A stretch of 60,175 nt of DNA from a virus (IMGVR_UViG_3300044801_000195:1-60175), one strand, 5' to 3'. Shown: positions 37,845-47,712, counted from the first letter of the stretch. Notes: a model not told the origin generated them from the letters alone. Numbers and translations: made by a program.

Positions 37845-38006
37845 GTGGAAGTAATACGCAAGTATCGCATCACAATAACAGGAAGCCAGCCACTATTAAT
37901 GCATGCCGACGATATCGAATGGGCCGATCAGATGGACGCCTGGAAAGCAACCGCTGACAACAAGAAAACGGGGAAAGCGGGTGACGACCGGTCGCCCGCA
38001 TGGCGC
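37845..38006 (+). pseudogene. 5' fragment of a Cas7/RAMP-like (Vipr-like) protein; the frame runs on antisense to another gene until 38216
   Basis: GGAGG RBS then GTG; YRITITGSQPLLMH resembles the first strand of RAMP/Cas7-like phage proteins; sequence after SPAWR is the reverse strand of the neighbouring gene. Confidence 0.65.
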
Positions 38007-38333
38007 TTGCAGGCCCGGATTGGCGTTCAGCCAAACAAGCGTTTGCTTGAAAATGCAACCTTCAAGAGCGGGATAAGTCGCATTCGCGACGCATCTGGCC
38101 TTGAGCCAATCTGGCGCAAGCTTCCACTGCACCCGGATATTTGCAACCTGCTCGGCGAATTCCCGCTCGTTGCATTGCCGATCCGCGTCGCACAGCATGT
38201 CCGGAGAATTTGGTAGCACCGGCAGGCCGGGCGAAAGTTTCGCCGCTGGGGCGCGCACGGACACATTGCTCTGCGCCCAAGCGCCCTGCCCCAACAAAAA
38301 TGCCAGCAATATCGCGGCTGCATAACGGCACAT
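37896..38333 (-). CDS. Secreted Cys-containing protein (moron); native C-terminus probably lost near 38000
   Basis: MCRYAAAILLAFLLGQGAWAQ signal peptide; paired Cys; convergent overlap with the RAMP-like fragment. Confidence 0.55.
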   Translation of the reverse strand: MCRYAAAILLAFLLGQGAWAQSNVSVRAPAAKLSPGLPVLPNSPDMLCDADRQCNEREFAEQVANIRVQWKLAPDWLKARCVANATYPALEGCIFKQTLVWLNANPGLQAPCGRPVVTRFPRFLVVSGCFPGVHLIGPFDIVGMH

Positions 38334-38578
38334 GACGCTCTCCATTAACCATTTGTAAACTCCCGAAGCGGTGCCCCCGCACGCTGGCGCTGTCCACCGC
38401 GCTCCGGTTGCAATCCGCATAATTTCCGCGTTTTCCGCATGAAATCGGCCACGTACCGCATAAAAGGAGGCCCCGATGCTCGAAACCGTCCTTTTCACCC
38501 ACGCTGGGACCGCCCTGCTTGTCATCAAGATTCTGCTCACTTTTCTAACGCTGCCGCTGGGGCATTGAGTGTTGCGCC

Positions 38579-39232
38579 TTGGATAGACGCGAGCGCTTCG
38601 ACAACCCCACCGTCGCACTGCGCGCGGCGCTCAGGGGCTGGCAAACCCAGATCTGGACGGCGCTGCCCGCCATTTTCGTGGAGCCCGGCAAGGGCGTGCA
38701 AACCGCGAAGGTGCAGCCCGCGATCCAGGCTCAGCAGCGCGACCAGGCCGGGAACTGGACCCCAGTGACGATGCCGCTATGCGTCGATTGCCCAATCCTG
38801 TTTCCAGGCGGCGGCGGCTTCCAGCTTACTTTCCCGCTGGCGGCGGGCGACGAAGGGCTGCTCGTCTTTTCCGCGCGCTGCATCGACGCCTGGTGGCAGT
38901 CAGGCGGCGTGCAGCCCCAAGCCGAGGTCCGGATGCACGATCTGAGCGACGGCTTCTTCATCCCCGGCCAGCTCAGCCAGCTCAAAGTGCCCTCGGGCGG
39001 TTATAGCGCCACCAACGCGCAGCTCAAAACGGCGGGCGGCGCGGTGCTGTTCGACCTCACGCCCACGAAGATCGTTATCAACGCCAATGTGGACATCGTG
39101 GGCGCGCTGACGGCCACCGGCAATGTTACCGCGGGTAAGGGCGGCGCGGACCAGATCACCTTGCAGGGCCACCTCCATGGCGGCGTCAATACGGGCGGCG
39201 GCAGCAGTGCGCCGCCGACAGCGGGGACATGA
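38579..39232 (+). CDS. Baseplate spike (Gp138-like)
   Basis: IWTALPA, VQPAI, TFPL..GDE.L.VFS.RCID.WWQSG, RMHDLSDGF, metal-binding HLH tip. Confidence 0.9.
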   Translation: MDRRERFDNPTVALRAALRGWQTQIWTALPAIFVEPGKGVQTAKVQPAIQAQQRDQAGNWTPVTMPLCVDCPILFPGGGGFQLTFPLAAGDEGLLVFSARCIDAWWQSGGVQPQAEVRMHDLSDGFFIPGQLSQLKVPSGGYSATNAQLKTAGGAVLFDLTPTKIVINANVDIVGALTATGNVTAGKGGADQITLQGHLHGGVNTGGGSSAPPTAGT

Positions 39233-39591
39233 TGCGAGTGCGGGCACAAGACGCCAATGGCGATTACAGCTTTGGGCGGGGCTCTGGGAATTTCCTGGCG
39301 AACTCGCCGGCCGCGGTTGCCCAGCTCGTGACGACGAACCTGCTTCTGAAACGCGGCGAATGGTTTCTCGATCAAACCGCGGGCACCCCTTGGTCAACCG
39401 AAATCCTGGGCTACGGCACGGCCCCCCTCTACGACCTGGCGATCAAGCAAACGGTGCTCGATACGCCTGGGGTCTCCTCCATCGATTCCTACTCTTCGGA
39501 CTTCGACAAAACCACGCGCGCGCTGACGGTGAACATGACGATCCTGACCGCCTACGATCCCGTGGCCGTTCCCGTGAACGTGACGCTCTGA
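39229..39591 (+). CDS. Baseplate wedge subunit
   Basis: D.NGDYSFG, AVAQ.V.T.L.L..GEWFLD...GTPW. Confidence 0.85.
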   Translation: MMRVRAQDANGDYSFGRGSGNFLANSPAAVAQLVTTNLLLKRGEWFLDQTAGTPWSTEILGYGTAPLYDLAIKQTVLDTPGVSSIDSYSSDFDKTTRALTVNMTILTAYDPVAVPVNVTL

Positions 39592-39592
39592 C

Positions 39593-40807
39593 GTGACGAC
39601 GCTTGCCCCGCAAATCGGGCCGGCCGGGATCTCTGGGCCGAGCTATGCCGATACTTTCGCCCAGCTTCAGAATATGTATTGGACCGTCTACGGCTCCGAT
39701 GCGGTGCTGGACCCCTCGACCCAGGACGGCCAATTTCTCGCCATCGTGGCGCAGGCGATTTACGACACCGGCCAGGCTTGTATCTCGGTCTATAACTCCT
39801 TCTCCCCGGCAACGGCCCTAGACGCGGCGCTGTCCTCGCGTGTTGGCATTAATGGCCTGACCCGCAACGTGGCCGGCTATTCCACCGCGACCGTGACGCT
39901 GACCGGCACCGCGGCGGCCGTTATCGGCAACGGCATTGTTGGCGACAACCAGAACCTCGGCACCCAATGGGCGCTGCCCGCCACCGTTACTATCGGGGGC
40001 GGCGGCACCGCGACGGTAACGGCGACCTCGACAGCAGCCGGAAACGTGTCCGCGGGCGCGGGCACCCTCGTCAACATCCTGACGCCAATGCTGGGCTGGC
40101 AGAGCGTCACCAATGCCGCCGCCGCGGCCGTTGGACTGCCCGTCGAGAGCGACGCCGCCCTGCGGCAGCGCCAAGCCGCATCCGCGGGACTTCCGGGACT
40201 TACACAGCTTGAGGGCATCTACGCCGCCGTCGCGGCGCTACCGGGCGTTGGCGCCCCCGCCGTCTTCGAGAACGATACCGGCATCACCAATGCGCTGGGC
40301 CTGCCGCCGCATTCGATTTCCGCCGTTGTGCAGGGCGGCGCCATTTCCGCCATCGCCGGCGCCATCGCGCTCAAAAAGAGTCCCGGCACCTCAACCTACG
40401 GCACCACGAGTCAGCTCGTCATCGATCAGAACGGCGTGCCGGTTATCGTCAATTTCTACCAGCTCGCCACGGTCACGATTAGCGTTGAAGTCACGGTCAA
40501 GGCGCTAACCGGCTATGTCTCGACCACGGCAACGCTAATCGAGCAAGCGGTCGCGGCTTTCATCTCCGGTCTTGGCATCGGCGGCCAGGTTTATCTGAAC
40601 CGCCTTTATATGCCGGCCAATCTGGGCGGTGACAACGCCGTGGCGGCAACCGGCTACAGTCAAGAGCAATTGGACGCCTTCGCGGCAACCTACAATGTCA
40701 GCGGTATCCGCATCGGCACCCCAGCGCTTGGGACCGCCGATATTCCGCTCAACTTCTATCAAGCCGCGATCTGCGTTATCGCGAATGTCACCGTGATCCA
40801 GACCTAA
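39593..40807 (+). CDS. Baseplate J/gp47 family protein
   Basis: DGQ, YNSFSP.TA, ESDAALRQRQ, ENDT, PPHSIS.VV.GG. Confidence 0.9.
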   Translation: MTTLAPQIGPAGISGPSYADTFAQLQNMYWTVYGSDAVLDPSTQDGQFLAIVAQAIYDTGQACISVYNSFSPATALDAALSSRVGINGLTRNVAGYSTATVTLTGTAAAVIGNGIVGDNQNLGTQWALPATVTIGGGGTATVTATSTAAGNVSAGAGTLVNILTPMLGWQSVTNAAAAAVGLPVESDAALRQRQAASAGLPGLTQLEGIYAAVAALPGVGAPAVFENDTGITNALGLPPHSISAVVQGGAISAIAGAIALKKSPGTSTYGTTSQLVIDQNGVPVIVNFYQLATVTISVEVTVKALTGYVSTTATLIEQAVAAFISGLGIGGQVYLNRLYMPANLGGDNAVAATGYSQEQLDAFAATYNVSGIRIGTPALGTADIPLNFYQAAICVIANVTVIQT

Positions 40808-41574
40808 TGGCCGATCCCTTCATTTCCCAATGGGATTCCGGTCAACCGGGCGCGTTCTGGGATGTAGGTCTCGATTGGGATACCAATGTTGGCCCGTCGC
40901 CAGGGACGGTCTCCGCATGGCTCGCGCTGGTTACTTCCGGGCATGCCGATAAGCCGAAATTCATGTCGACGCTCGCCAATGTGTTGCAGCCCTTCGCGGA
41001 TACGATTGCGCTACTGCAGGGGATGTCCGCGGCATTCGATGTTGGCGCCGCTACCGGCGCCCAGCTCGATATCGTGGGCCAATGGGTTAACGTTTCCCGG
41101 TATATTCCCGCGGCGCTGACGGGGGTCTACTTTTCGTGGGATATGGCGGGCGTCGGTTGGGATCAAGGAACCTGGTGGAATCCGCTCAGCCCCGTCTCGC
41201 AACTAACCGCGCTGCCGGACGATGCCTACCGCCGCGCGATCCAACTCAAAATCGCATGGAATCAATGGGATGGTACCATCCCTGCAATCTATACCGCCTG
41301 GAATTCGGTTTTCCAGTCATTCGGGATCGGCCTGCTTATTCAGGACGAACCCGGCATGTGCATGCTTTACGCGCTGAGCGGCACCGTGCCGGACCCTCTA
41401 ACCCAAGGCATGTTTCTGGCCGGCCTCCTGACTCCCAAACCGGCCGGCGTTCAGATCGACACCTTTATGACCCCTTCCGTGCCCGCCACCCCTTATTTCG
41501 GCTTCGATGTCGAGAATTCAGCGATCTCGGGCTGGGATACCGGCGCTTGGGGCACTCTTAACCCCGGACTTTAA
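40807..41574 (+). CDS. DUF2612 baseplate protein
   Basis: LVTS.H..KPKF, FD...A.GAQLD.VG.WV, L.DD.YR, N.WDGT, PKPAGV. Confidence 0.88.
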   Translation: MADPFISQWDSGQPGAFWDVGLDWDTNVGPSPGTVSAWLALVTSGHADKPKFMSTLANVLQPFADTIALLQGMSAAFDVGAATGAQLDIVGQWVNVSRYIPAALTGVYFSWDMAGVGWDQGTWWNPLSPVSQLTALPDDAYRRAIQLKIAWNQWDGTIPAIYTAWNSVFQSFGIGLLIQDEPGMCMLYALSGTVPDPLTQGMFLAGLLTPKPAGVQIDTFMTPSVPATPYFGFDVENSAISGWDTGAWGTLNPGL

Positions 41575-41636
41575 ACCTCACCACATCAGGGACGGCACCG
41601 GCCCGGCTTTGCCGCGGCGCGGGCTGGCGCGCGTGA

Positions 41637-42857
41637 ATGACCACCAACGACTTCCTCCCCTTCGCCAACGATTCCGGCGCCACCAATGTTGACAGCCAGG
41701 TCAACTATCTCGCGGCGCAAACCGGCGGCGGTTACTCGCAAATGGGGTTCGCTGCTGGGCTCGCGGCATCGAACAAGGTCAACAAGGCGATCCGGCAGGC
41801 TAGTGTCGTCTCCGCCGCCCTCACCAACCTGATCGTCAGCCAGCTTGCCCAGAACGTGACGGATAGCGGCGGGGCCGGCAGCGTCACCGCGCTGTCGGCG
41901 CAATTACTCGCCCTGATGCAGGCCGCCGCCCAAGGCGCGCAGCCGCCGCTAAGGCCGCAAGGCCGCCTCACCCTGACCACAAACACCCCCGTGCTCGCCG
42001 CCGACGTTGCCGCGGCGACGGTGGTTTACTACACCGCTTACGAGGGCAACCAGGTCCCGGTCTGGAGCGGGACGCAATTTCTCAACCTGACTTTCGCGTC
42101 CGATCTTGTGCTGACGCTGACCTCGGCGGCGCAGGCCAACGATATCGTCGATGTGTTCGCGATCGATGTGTCCGGCGCGCCCGTGCTCGCCTTTGGGCCG
42201 GTCTGGGGCAATTCCGGCGCCGGGGCCGGGGCGCGCGGTTCGGGCGCGGGAACGACGCAGCTTGTCCGCCAAAGCGGCCTCTGGACCAATGCCAACATCG
42301 TCACGCTCTACAACGGCGCCACGACCTATGCCGGTGTCCCGGCCAATCAGGCGACCTATCTGGGCTCGTTGTTTATCGATGCCGCCGCGGGGCAGACGAC
42401 CTGCCGTCTCTCCTTCGGGCAGACCCGGAAATGGGGAGTGTGGAACGCCTATAACCGCAAACCTATCGCCATGCTAGGCGGCGACGGCACCGCATCCTGG
42501 ACGGGCAACGGGTCGCTCAGGGCGCTCAATGCCAACGCCGCGAACAACTGCACAGCATTTACCGGACTCCCCGAAGAACCGGTGCTGGCGATGCTTTCCA
42601 ACCAGGGCATAATCGCGGTTACCGGCTTGTTGAAATTCGGCATCGGTTTGAACAGTACGTCGGCTTTCACCGGAAGTATCGGATACAAAAGTGGCGGATC
42701 GACCGGATACGGTACTAACGAAACCCTCGTCAGCCAAAATATAATCTCGCCGCAACTTGGGATCAATACTATAAACATGCTGGAAAACGTGACAAGCGGC
42801 GCGGCGGTATATGGAACGCAAGCCAATAATCAATTGCTTGTAAGCTACCTGGGCTGA
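41637..42857 (+). CDS. Tail fibre protein
   Basis: TNDFLPFA...NV.SQ..Y...G.A.S..VNKA.RQ fibre anchor; PQGRLTLT..TPV domain. Confidence 0.8.
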   Translation: MTTNDFLPFANDSGATNVDSQVNYLAAQTGGGYSQMGFAAGLAASNKVNKAIRQASVVSAALTNLIVSQLAQNVTDSGGAGSVTALSAQLLALMQAAAQGAQPPLRPQGRLTLTTNTPVLAADVAAATVVYYTAYEGNQVPVWSGTQFLNLTFASDLVLTLTSAAQANDIVDVFAIDVSGAPVLAFGPVWGNSGAGAGARGSGAGTTQLVRQSGLWTNANIVTLYNGATTYAGVPANQATYLGSLFIDAAAGQTTCRLSFGQTRKWGVWNAYNRKPIAMLGGDGTASWTGNGSLRALNANAANNCTAFTGLPEEPVLAMLSNQGIIAVTGLLKFGIGLNSTSAFTGSIGYKSGGSTGYGTNETLVSQNIISPQLGINTINMLENVTSGAAVYGTQANNQLLVSYLG

Positions 42858-43627
42858 ATTCGAAACCTGCGGGCTAGCATGCGTGCTTCGATTCTTTTGC
42901 GAAACGAGTGCTCGATGCGCTCGAAACGAGTGCAAAGCCATTGTGCTACTGTCAATTTCTTGGTGTGCACGGCCCGTACCGGTCTTATGGTAGATGGAAG
43001 GCCGCTTTCCCAGATCAGCGGCCGGTCCACACATAACGCGACCAGCCCATACCGCCAGAAAAAGCCCAAATGCGTATCGTAGGCATGCCTGAAATGGCGC
43101 AAGCTTTGAAGAACTTTTCCGGCTCCTTGCCGCGAATACATCCAGCCTGTCGACCCGGCGCTTAGAAAAGCGGTCGCATGGAGATTGATATCTCCTATTC
43201 TCGCAAGAGACCGCTGGAGCGGCTTTTCTTTGCGAATTTCGAGTTTGATTGCATCCCATTCCATGGGCAGGTTCTTCGCGGCCCTGGCAAAGACTGGAAG
43301 GCGTTCCGAAAGCCGGGCATCGTCTTCGAGGATTACCGCAACCTCAGCAGCACTGGCCAGGAATGTTTGGAGCGCTTTTTGGTGACTTAGCACGCATGCA
43401 ACTTCCTCCGGTTTCAGATCGGGCGCGTAGCGGAGGCGCCCCTTGCGGTCATAACCAAACGCGGCGTCAAGATCGATGCCCGCACCATCAATGGCCTGCA
43501 CGAAACTAAGCGCTATACCGATTCTTTGCGCCTCGGCTTCCATCGCTGTGCGCCGATCGAACGACCGCGCGAGATTAATGCATAGAAATAGAACTTCCGT
43601 CATCGAAAACCTACTCGCGCGCTTCAA
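42845..43627 (-). CDS. Glycosyltransferase family 25 (LPS/LOS modification moron)
   Basis: CINLARSFDRR, FVQAIDG, EVACVLSH, ILEDDA; antisense within the tail module. Confidence 0.92.
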   Translation of the reverse strand: MKRASRFSMTEVLFLCINLARSFDRRTAMEAEAQRIGIALSFVQAIDGAGIDLDAAFGYDRKGRLRYAPDLKPEEVACVLSHQKALQTFLASAAEVAVILEDDARLSERLPVFARAAKNLPMEWDAIKLEIRKEKPLQRSLARIGDINLHATAFLSAGSTGWMYSRQGAGKVLQSLRHFRHAYDTHLGFFWRYGLVALCVDRPLIWESGLPSTIRPVRAVHTKKLTVAQWLCTRFERIEHSFRKRIEARMLARRFRIQPR

Positions 43628-43680
43628 AGCGCCGCCATAGCCCCGTTATCCTTAACAAACTAACACCGGGCAAGCCACCC

Positions 43681-45441
43681 ATGCAGAGTTGCATAAATCC
43701 ACGCGCCGCGCTGTTAGCGCTGCTGGCCACCGTGCTTCTCGCGTGGCCGGTCCATGCGCAGAGCACGATCAATCCCAGGATTCCCGCCGCGAATTCGACG
43801 CTGAGTTCCGCGCCGATCCGAGGCAATTTTCAGGCCGCCTACAACGATATCAATGGGCTCTACGCCAGCTTTCTTAACCCGCTGGCAATGCCATTTGGCG
43901 GCACCGGGGCGGCGCTGACGCCATCCAATGGCGGCATCGTTTATTCCAACGCTTCGAGCCTTGCCATTCTGACCGGCACGTCCACGGCGCGCCATATGCT
44001 ACAATCTGGCGCAAGCACCACGCCGGCCTGGTCGACGGCGACCTGGCCCGCCACGGCGGCGCAGGGAACGGTGCTCAATGCCGGCACGCTCAATGCCTGG
44101 TCCGCGACCGCGACGCCAACGCTTGGGCAAGCGGGCGTCACCACGGGTTGCCTTAGTTTTGGCGGCGTCACCAGCGGCACCGCGAGCGTGTGCGCGCAAA
44201 GCGCGGCGGGCGCCCCCGCTTTGCTATGGCCCACCACCTCGGGCACGCTCATCAACACGGCGGGCGGACAATCCATTGCCGGACTGACCGTAACGGGCTC
44301 GCTCGCGGCCCCGGGAGGTACGGTTAGCGGCACAACTACGTTTACTTACGATGGCGACTGGTGGATTGGGGGAAACACCGACCTATCGCTAATGTATATC
44401 GGCGGATTTGCCACGGCATCCGGCACCTTGGCGGGATTGCTTACTGGCGGAGATTTTTGTCACCTTTATTTTAATCACAACGTTCCTACCCCCAGCAACG
44501 GTACATTCACAACCACCGCCGATTATACGTCGCCGAGCTATAGCATATGCTGGTCGGATCTAGGACTTCTGAACGTCTATCAAGCGCCCGCGACCGGAGT
44601 CCTCGGAAATCCTCCCGCATTCGGGGCAACGCCCACCTACTCGCAAAACCTGCTTACGGGTACTTTGAAGCTCAACGGCGTTTCGGTTCCCATGCCTAGC
44701 GCCGCGACAACTTGGACCGCTGTTCAAACTTTCACGAATAGCGACATCCGGCTCCTCGGCTCTTCGACGGGCTATACCGCATTCACAAGCGCGAATGCCG
44801 GCGGCTCCAGCTATACGCTGACGTTCCCGGCGGTCACGGATACGTTAGCCACGCTCGGCACGGCGGATCAAACGCTGTCGGGTGGCGCCAATCTCACCGC
44901 CTATTCCATCGGCACGAAATCCGGCGGCACCTACACCGTGGATTGCGGCTTTAATCCCGTGCAGTATCTGCTAAACGCGGGTGCGTTCATAATTGCCGCC
45001 CCGGCGCTGGATGGCCACTGCGTCGTACAGGCGGTGAGCGGACCCGGCGCCGGGGTTATAACGCTGTCCGGATTCTCGGCATCGGCTAGCGGCACTGGCG
45101 ACATTTATACCACGGCGAACACCGCAAGCGGCGCCGTTACAATCTCAAATAACTCGCCGGCGGTTATCACGTGGACGCAAGCTTTTGTGCCGGGGCAAGT
45201 GGTCTATTTTACGACAAGCAGCGCGCTGCCGGCCGGCATTACTGCCAATCAAATCTATTATGTAATCGCGGCGGGGCTAAGCGGCAGTTCGTTCGAGATA
45301 TCCGCGACACCGGGGGGCGCGGCGGTCAATACGAGTAGCGCGGGCTCAGGCACACAAACCGGGCATGAGCCGGCGGTGTACGCGCTTTATGTGTTCCGGG
45401 TTAACGGCCTGGCCACGGGCGTCTGGAAACAGCAACAATGA
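43681..45441 (+). CDS. Putative fibre / receptor-binding protein with signal-peptide-like N-terminus
   Basis: GGTGA fibre motif; Thr/Gly/Ser-rich; C-terminal VTIS..SPAVITW...GQVVYFTT..ALP.GI.....YYV domain. Confidence 0.7.
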   Translation: MQSCINPRAALLALLATVLLAWPVHAQSTINPRIPAANSTLSSAPIRGNFQAAYNDINGLYASFLNPLAMPFGGTGAALTPSNGGIVYSNASSLAILTGTSTARHMLQSGASTTPAWSTATWPATAAQGTVLNAGTLNAWSATATPTLGQAGVTTGCLSFGGVTSGTASVCAQSAAGAPALLWPTTSGTLINTAGGQSIAGLTVTGSLAAPGGTVSGTTTFTYDGDWWIGGNTDLSLMYIGGFATASGTLAGLLTGGDFCHLYFNHNVPTPSNGTFTTTADYTSPSYSICWSDLGLLNVYQAPATGVLGNPPAFGATPTYSQNLLTGTLKLNGVSVPMPSAATTWTAVQTFTNSDIRLLGSSTGYTAFTSANAGGSSYTLTFPAVTDTLATLGTADQTLSGGANLTAYSIGTKSGGTYTVDCGFNPVQYLLNAGAFIIAAPALDGHCVVQAVSGPGAGVITLSGFSASASGTGDIYTTANTASGAVTISNNSPAVITWTQAFVPGQVVYFTTSSALPAGITANQIYYVIAAGLSGSSFEISATPGGAAVNTSSAGSGTQTGHEPAVYALYVFRVNGLATGVWKQQQ

Positions 45442-46412
45442 GAGGCTTATTTCTAGCGGTCTGGCTGGCGTTAGCGGTTCTTAGCGCGCCCGCCAGCCAC
45501 GCCGCGGACTGCAACACGGCCTATATAACGGCCACGGGGGCTGGATCGTGCACGGTCCCCGGCGGCATCGCATCGATGACGCTGATAGGCTATGGCGGCG
45601 GTCAATCGGGCTTTACCGCCACGACTTCACCATCCGTCGCGGGCGCGGGGGGCGCAGGCGCCGATTATGCAACGGCCACGGTTACGGTCACGTTCGGCCA
45701 TACCGTTTATTTCAGCATCGGCACGGGCGGAAGTACAACCGGCGCGGCCGGCGGCGATACCTGGATCAATGTCAACGCCAACGCCGCGCCCAGTTCCGCT
45801 GCCAACGGAATTCTGGTTAAAGGCGGCGGTTCGGCTAGTACCAGTGTCGGCACGGTAATAAAGACCGGCGGCGCGGGGGGCGCGGGCGGCGCGGGTACGT
45901 CGGGGGGCGGCGGAGGCGGAGGCGGAGCCGCGGGCTCGTATGGAAACGGTGCCGCGGGCGGAGGCGGATATGCCACTACCGGCGGCGGCGGGGGGGGCGG
46001 CGGTAGCGATAACGGCACGGCGGGCACTACCGCGACGGGCGGTACGGGTGCAATAGGCGGTAACGGACGCGGCGGCAGCGGTCATGGCATCGCAAACGGC
46101 AATGCCACGCCCCTTTCGGGAGCCGGCGCGGGCGGCGGCAGCACGTCGAATCCTGGCGGCCTCGGTGCGCTTGACGACGTTTACGGTAACGGCACGAACG
46201 GCCCGGGAGGGGCGGGGGGGGGCGGCGGAGGCGGCGCGGCATGCGGCGCGGGCGGCTCGTCGTCGGGCTACGGCGCGGGCGGTGGAGGCGGCGGACGGGG
46301 AAGTACAGGACCAACGTTGTGCGCGGGCACCGCGGGAACGCAAGGTTTCGCGCAAATCGGGTTTACAGCGGCACCGTCGGCCATATTGCCGATGCCTCCA
46401 ATCGTCCCATAG
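45438..46412 (+). CDS. Glycine-rich virion-associated protein with signal peptide
   Basis: VP.G......GYGGG..G, GGAG.DYA, extended Gly runs. Confidence 0.75.
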   Translation: MRGLFLAVWLALAVLSAPASHAADCNTAYITATGAGSCTVPGGIASMTLIGYGGGQSGFTATTSPSVAGAGGAGADYATATVTVTFGHTVYFSIGTGGSTTGAAGGDTWINVNANAAPSSAANGILVKGGGSASTSVGTVIKTGGAGGAGGAGTSGGGGGGGGAAGSYGNGAAGGGGYATTGGGGGGGGSDNGTAGTTATGGTGAIGGNGRGGSGHGIANGNATPLSGAGAGGGSTSNPGGLGALDDVYGNGTNGPGGAGGGGGGGAACGAGGSSSGYGAGGGGGGRGSTGPTLCAGTAGTQGFAQIGFTAAPSAILPMPPIVP

Positions 46413-46420
46413 GAATCCCC

Positions 46421-47266
46421 ATGCAACACCCTTATGACGCCCTTCGGGGCGAATACTTGGAGTTTTTGTCCAAGCTCACGATAACACGTGCGAACGAGGC
46501 CAGGGAGCGGGCGAAGGAAATCCTGCCGCTCAAGCCGCGCTACCAGACGGTTTCGGATGAGACTAAAGTGCCAACGGTTATGCTAATGGCACTTAATGAG
46601 CGCGAAAGCGGATCAAATCTGCGGACCTACCTCGGGAACGGCCAGCGGCTCGACCGCGTGACAACGCTCGTGCCCAAGGGGCGCGGGCCATGGTCTACAT
46701 TCGAGGCCGGGTGCGTCGATGCGTTCGCCTACGAGCATCTCATTGGCCTCGATTGGTCCGATGGATGGCCGTTTGTGCTTTACCACGAGGAAGCGTGGAA
46801 TGGTTTTGGCCCGCGCGATCGCGGCAAGCCAACTGGATATCTCTACGCTGGTACGAACATCTATACGGGTGGCAAGTATGTAGCTGACGGGATCTGGAAC
46901 TCTACATTTAACGATCCGCAGCTCGGTACGATCCCGATCATGCTCGCACTCATGGAGCTGGACAAGTTCATGAGCCTCCCTGGCTGGCCGAAGTCGAGCC
47001 CGTGGCTGAACATCCCCGAACTGCAAAAGCCTCCTGTGGGACACGACGGCGGCGATCATGGCGTTTCGTGGCTACAAACCGAGCTCAACGCCGTTCAAGA
47101 CGCGGGCCTCGCCGTGGACGGCTCATATGGCCGCTTCACCCGGATGGCGGTGCGGCAATTCCAGGCCGCGCACGGTCTCGACGTGGACGGTCTGGCGGGG
47201 CCGCTCACGCTGGCACTGCTTGAAAAAGCAGTTACCTCTCGCAATAACCTAGGAGCATCGTCATGA
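46421..47266 (+). CDS. Endolysin (lysozyme-like domain plus C-terminal peptidoglycan-binding domain)
   Basis: RESG..L.TYLGNG, VPKGRGP..TFE, E.WNGFG, Y.GGKYVADG; LQ..LN..L.VDG.YG..T..AV.QFQ..HGL.VDG.AGP.T. Confidence 0.9.
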   Translation: MQHPYDALRGEYLEFLSKLTITRANEARERAKEILPLKPRYQTVSDETKVPTVMLMALNERESGSNLRTYLGNGQRLDRVTTLVPKGRGPWSTFEAGCVDAFAYEHLIGLDWSDGWPFVLYHEEAWNGFGPRDRGKPTGYLYAGTNIYTGGKYVADGIWNSTFNDPQLGTIPIMLALMELDKFMSLPGWPKSSPWLNIPELQKPPVGHDGGDHGVSWLQTELNAVQDAGLAVDGSYGRFTRMAVRQFQAAHGLDVDGLAGPLTLALLEKAVTSRNNLGASS

Positions 47267-47562
47267 ATTTTGCCTTATCCTTCCTATCGCCGAGCTGGCT
47301 TGCGGGGCTTTTCCTGCAACTTATCAGCTCGGACCTCTTCCAGTCCCTCGAACGCAAAGCGCTGGCCGGCCTTGCGGGCTGGTTTATTCACATCGGGGTA
47401 AGCACAACCGATGCCAATGCCGCGCTGACCTCGATTATCGCGGGCGTCACGACGCTGCTGGCAAGTCTGTTTGCCAGTCTCAGGAACAACGCCTCTAGCA
47501 CAGCGAGCGCAACCAATGCCGCAGCCACAGCCACTGCCAAAAACCCGCCAGCAACTGTTTGA
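47263..47562 (+). CDS. Holin-like membrane protein
   Basis: Two to three hydrophobic segments; coupled to the endolysin. Confidence 0.55.
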   Translation: MNFALSFLSPSWLAGLFLQLISSDLFQSLERKALAGLAGWFIHIGVSTTDANAALTSIIAGVTTLLASLFASLRNNASSTASATNAAATATAKNPPATV

Positions 47563-47712
47563 TACGATTGCCTCAGCCATCGGCTGGGGCGCGACCGCCG
47601 GCGATGTGGCGGCGGTCGCCCTGCGGTTAGAGGCACAGGGAATCGAATTCGTTCCCGCCGCTCTCTTGCCGGAAGGATTCGTCAATCCCTTCCGTGCTAA
47701 AAAGACCTGATC

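Noticed and set aside
37612-37854. 80-aa ORF covering the GGY-NN array
   Set aside because: It overlaps the hub gene end, has no clear RBS, and its ARPGEARRGQARHG text is the by-product of translating a 5-nt period.
41595-41636. GC-rich ggc-containing spacer before the fibre gene as a second pentamer array
   Set aside because: No sustained 5-nt phase; more consistent with a simple hairpin.
45860-46300. GGC-rich runs as further GGY-NN arrays
   Set aside because: Period is 3 (glycine codons) inside a coding gene, not 5.
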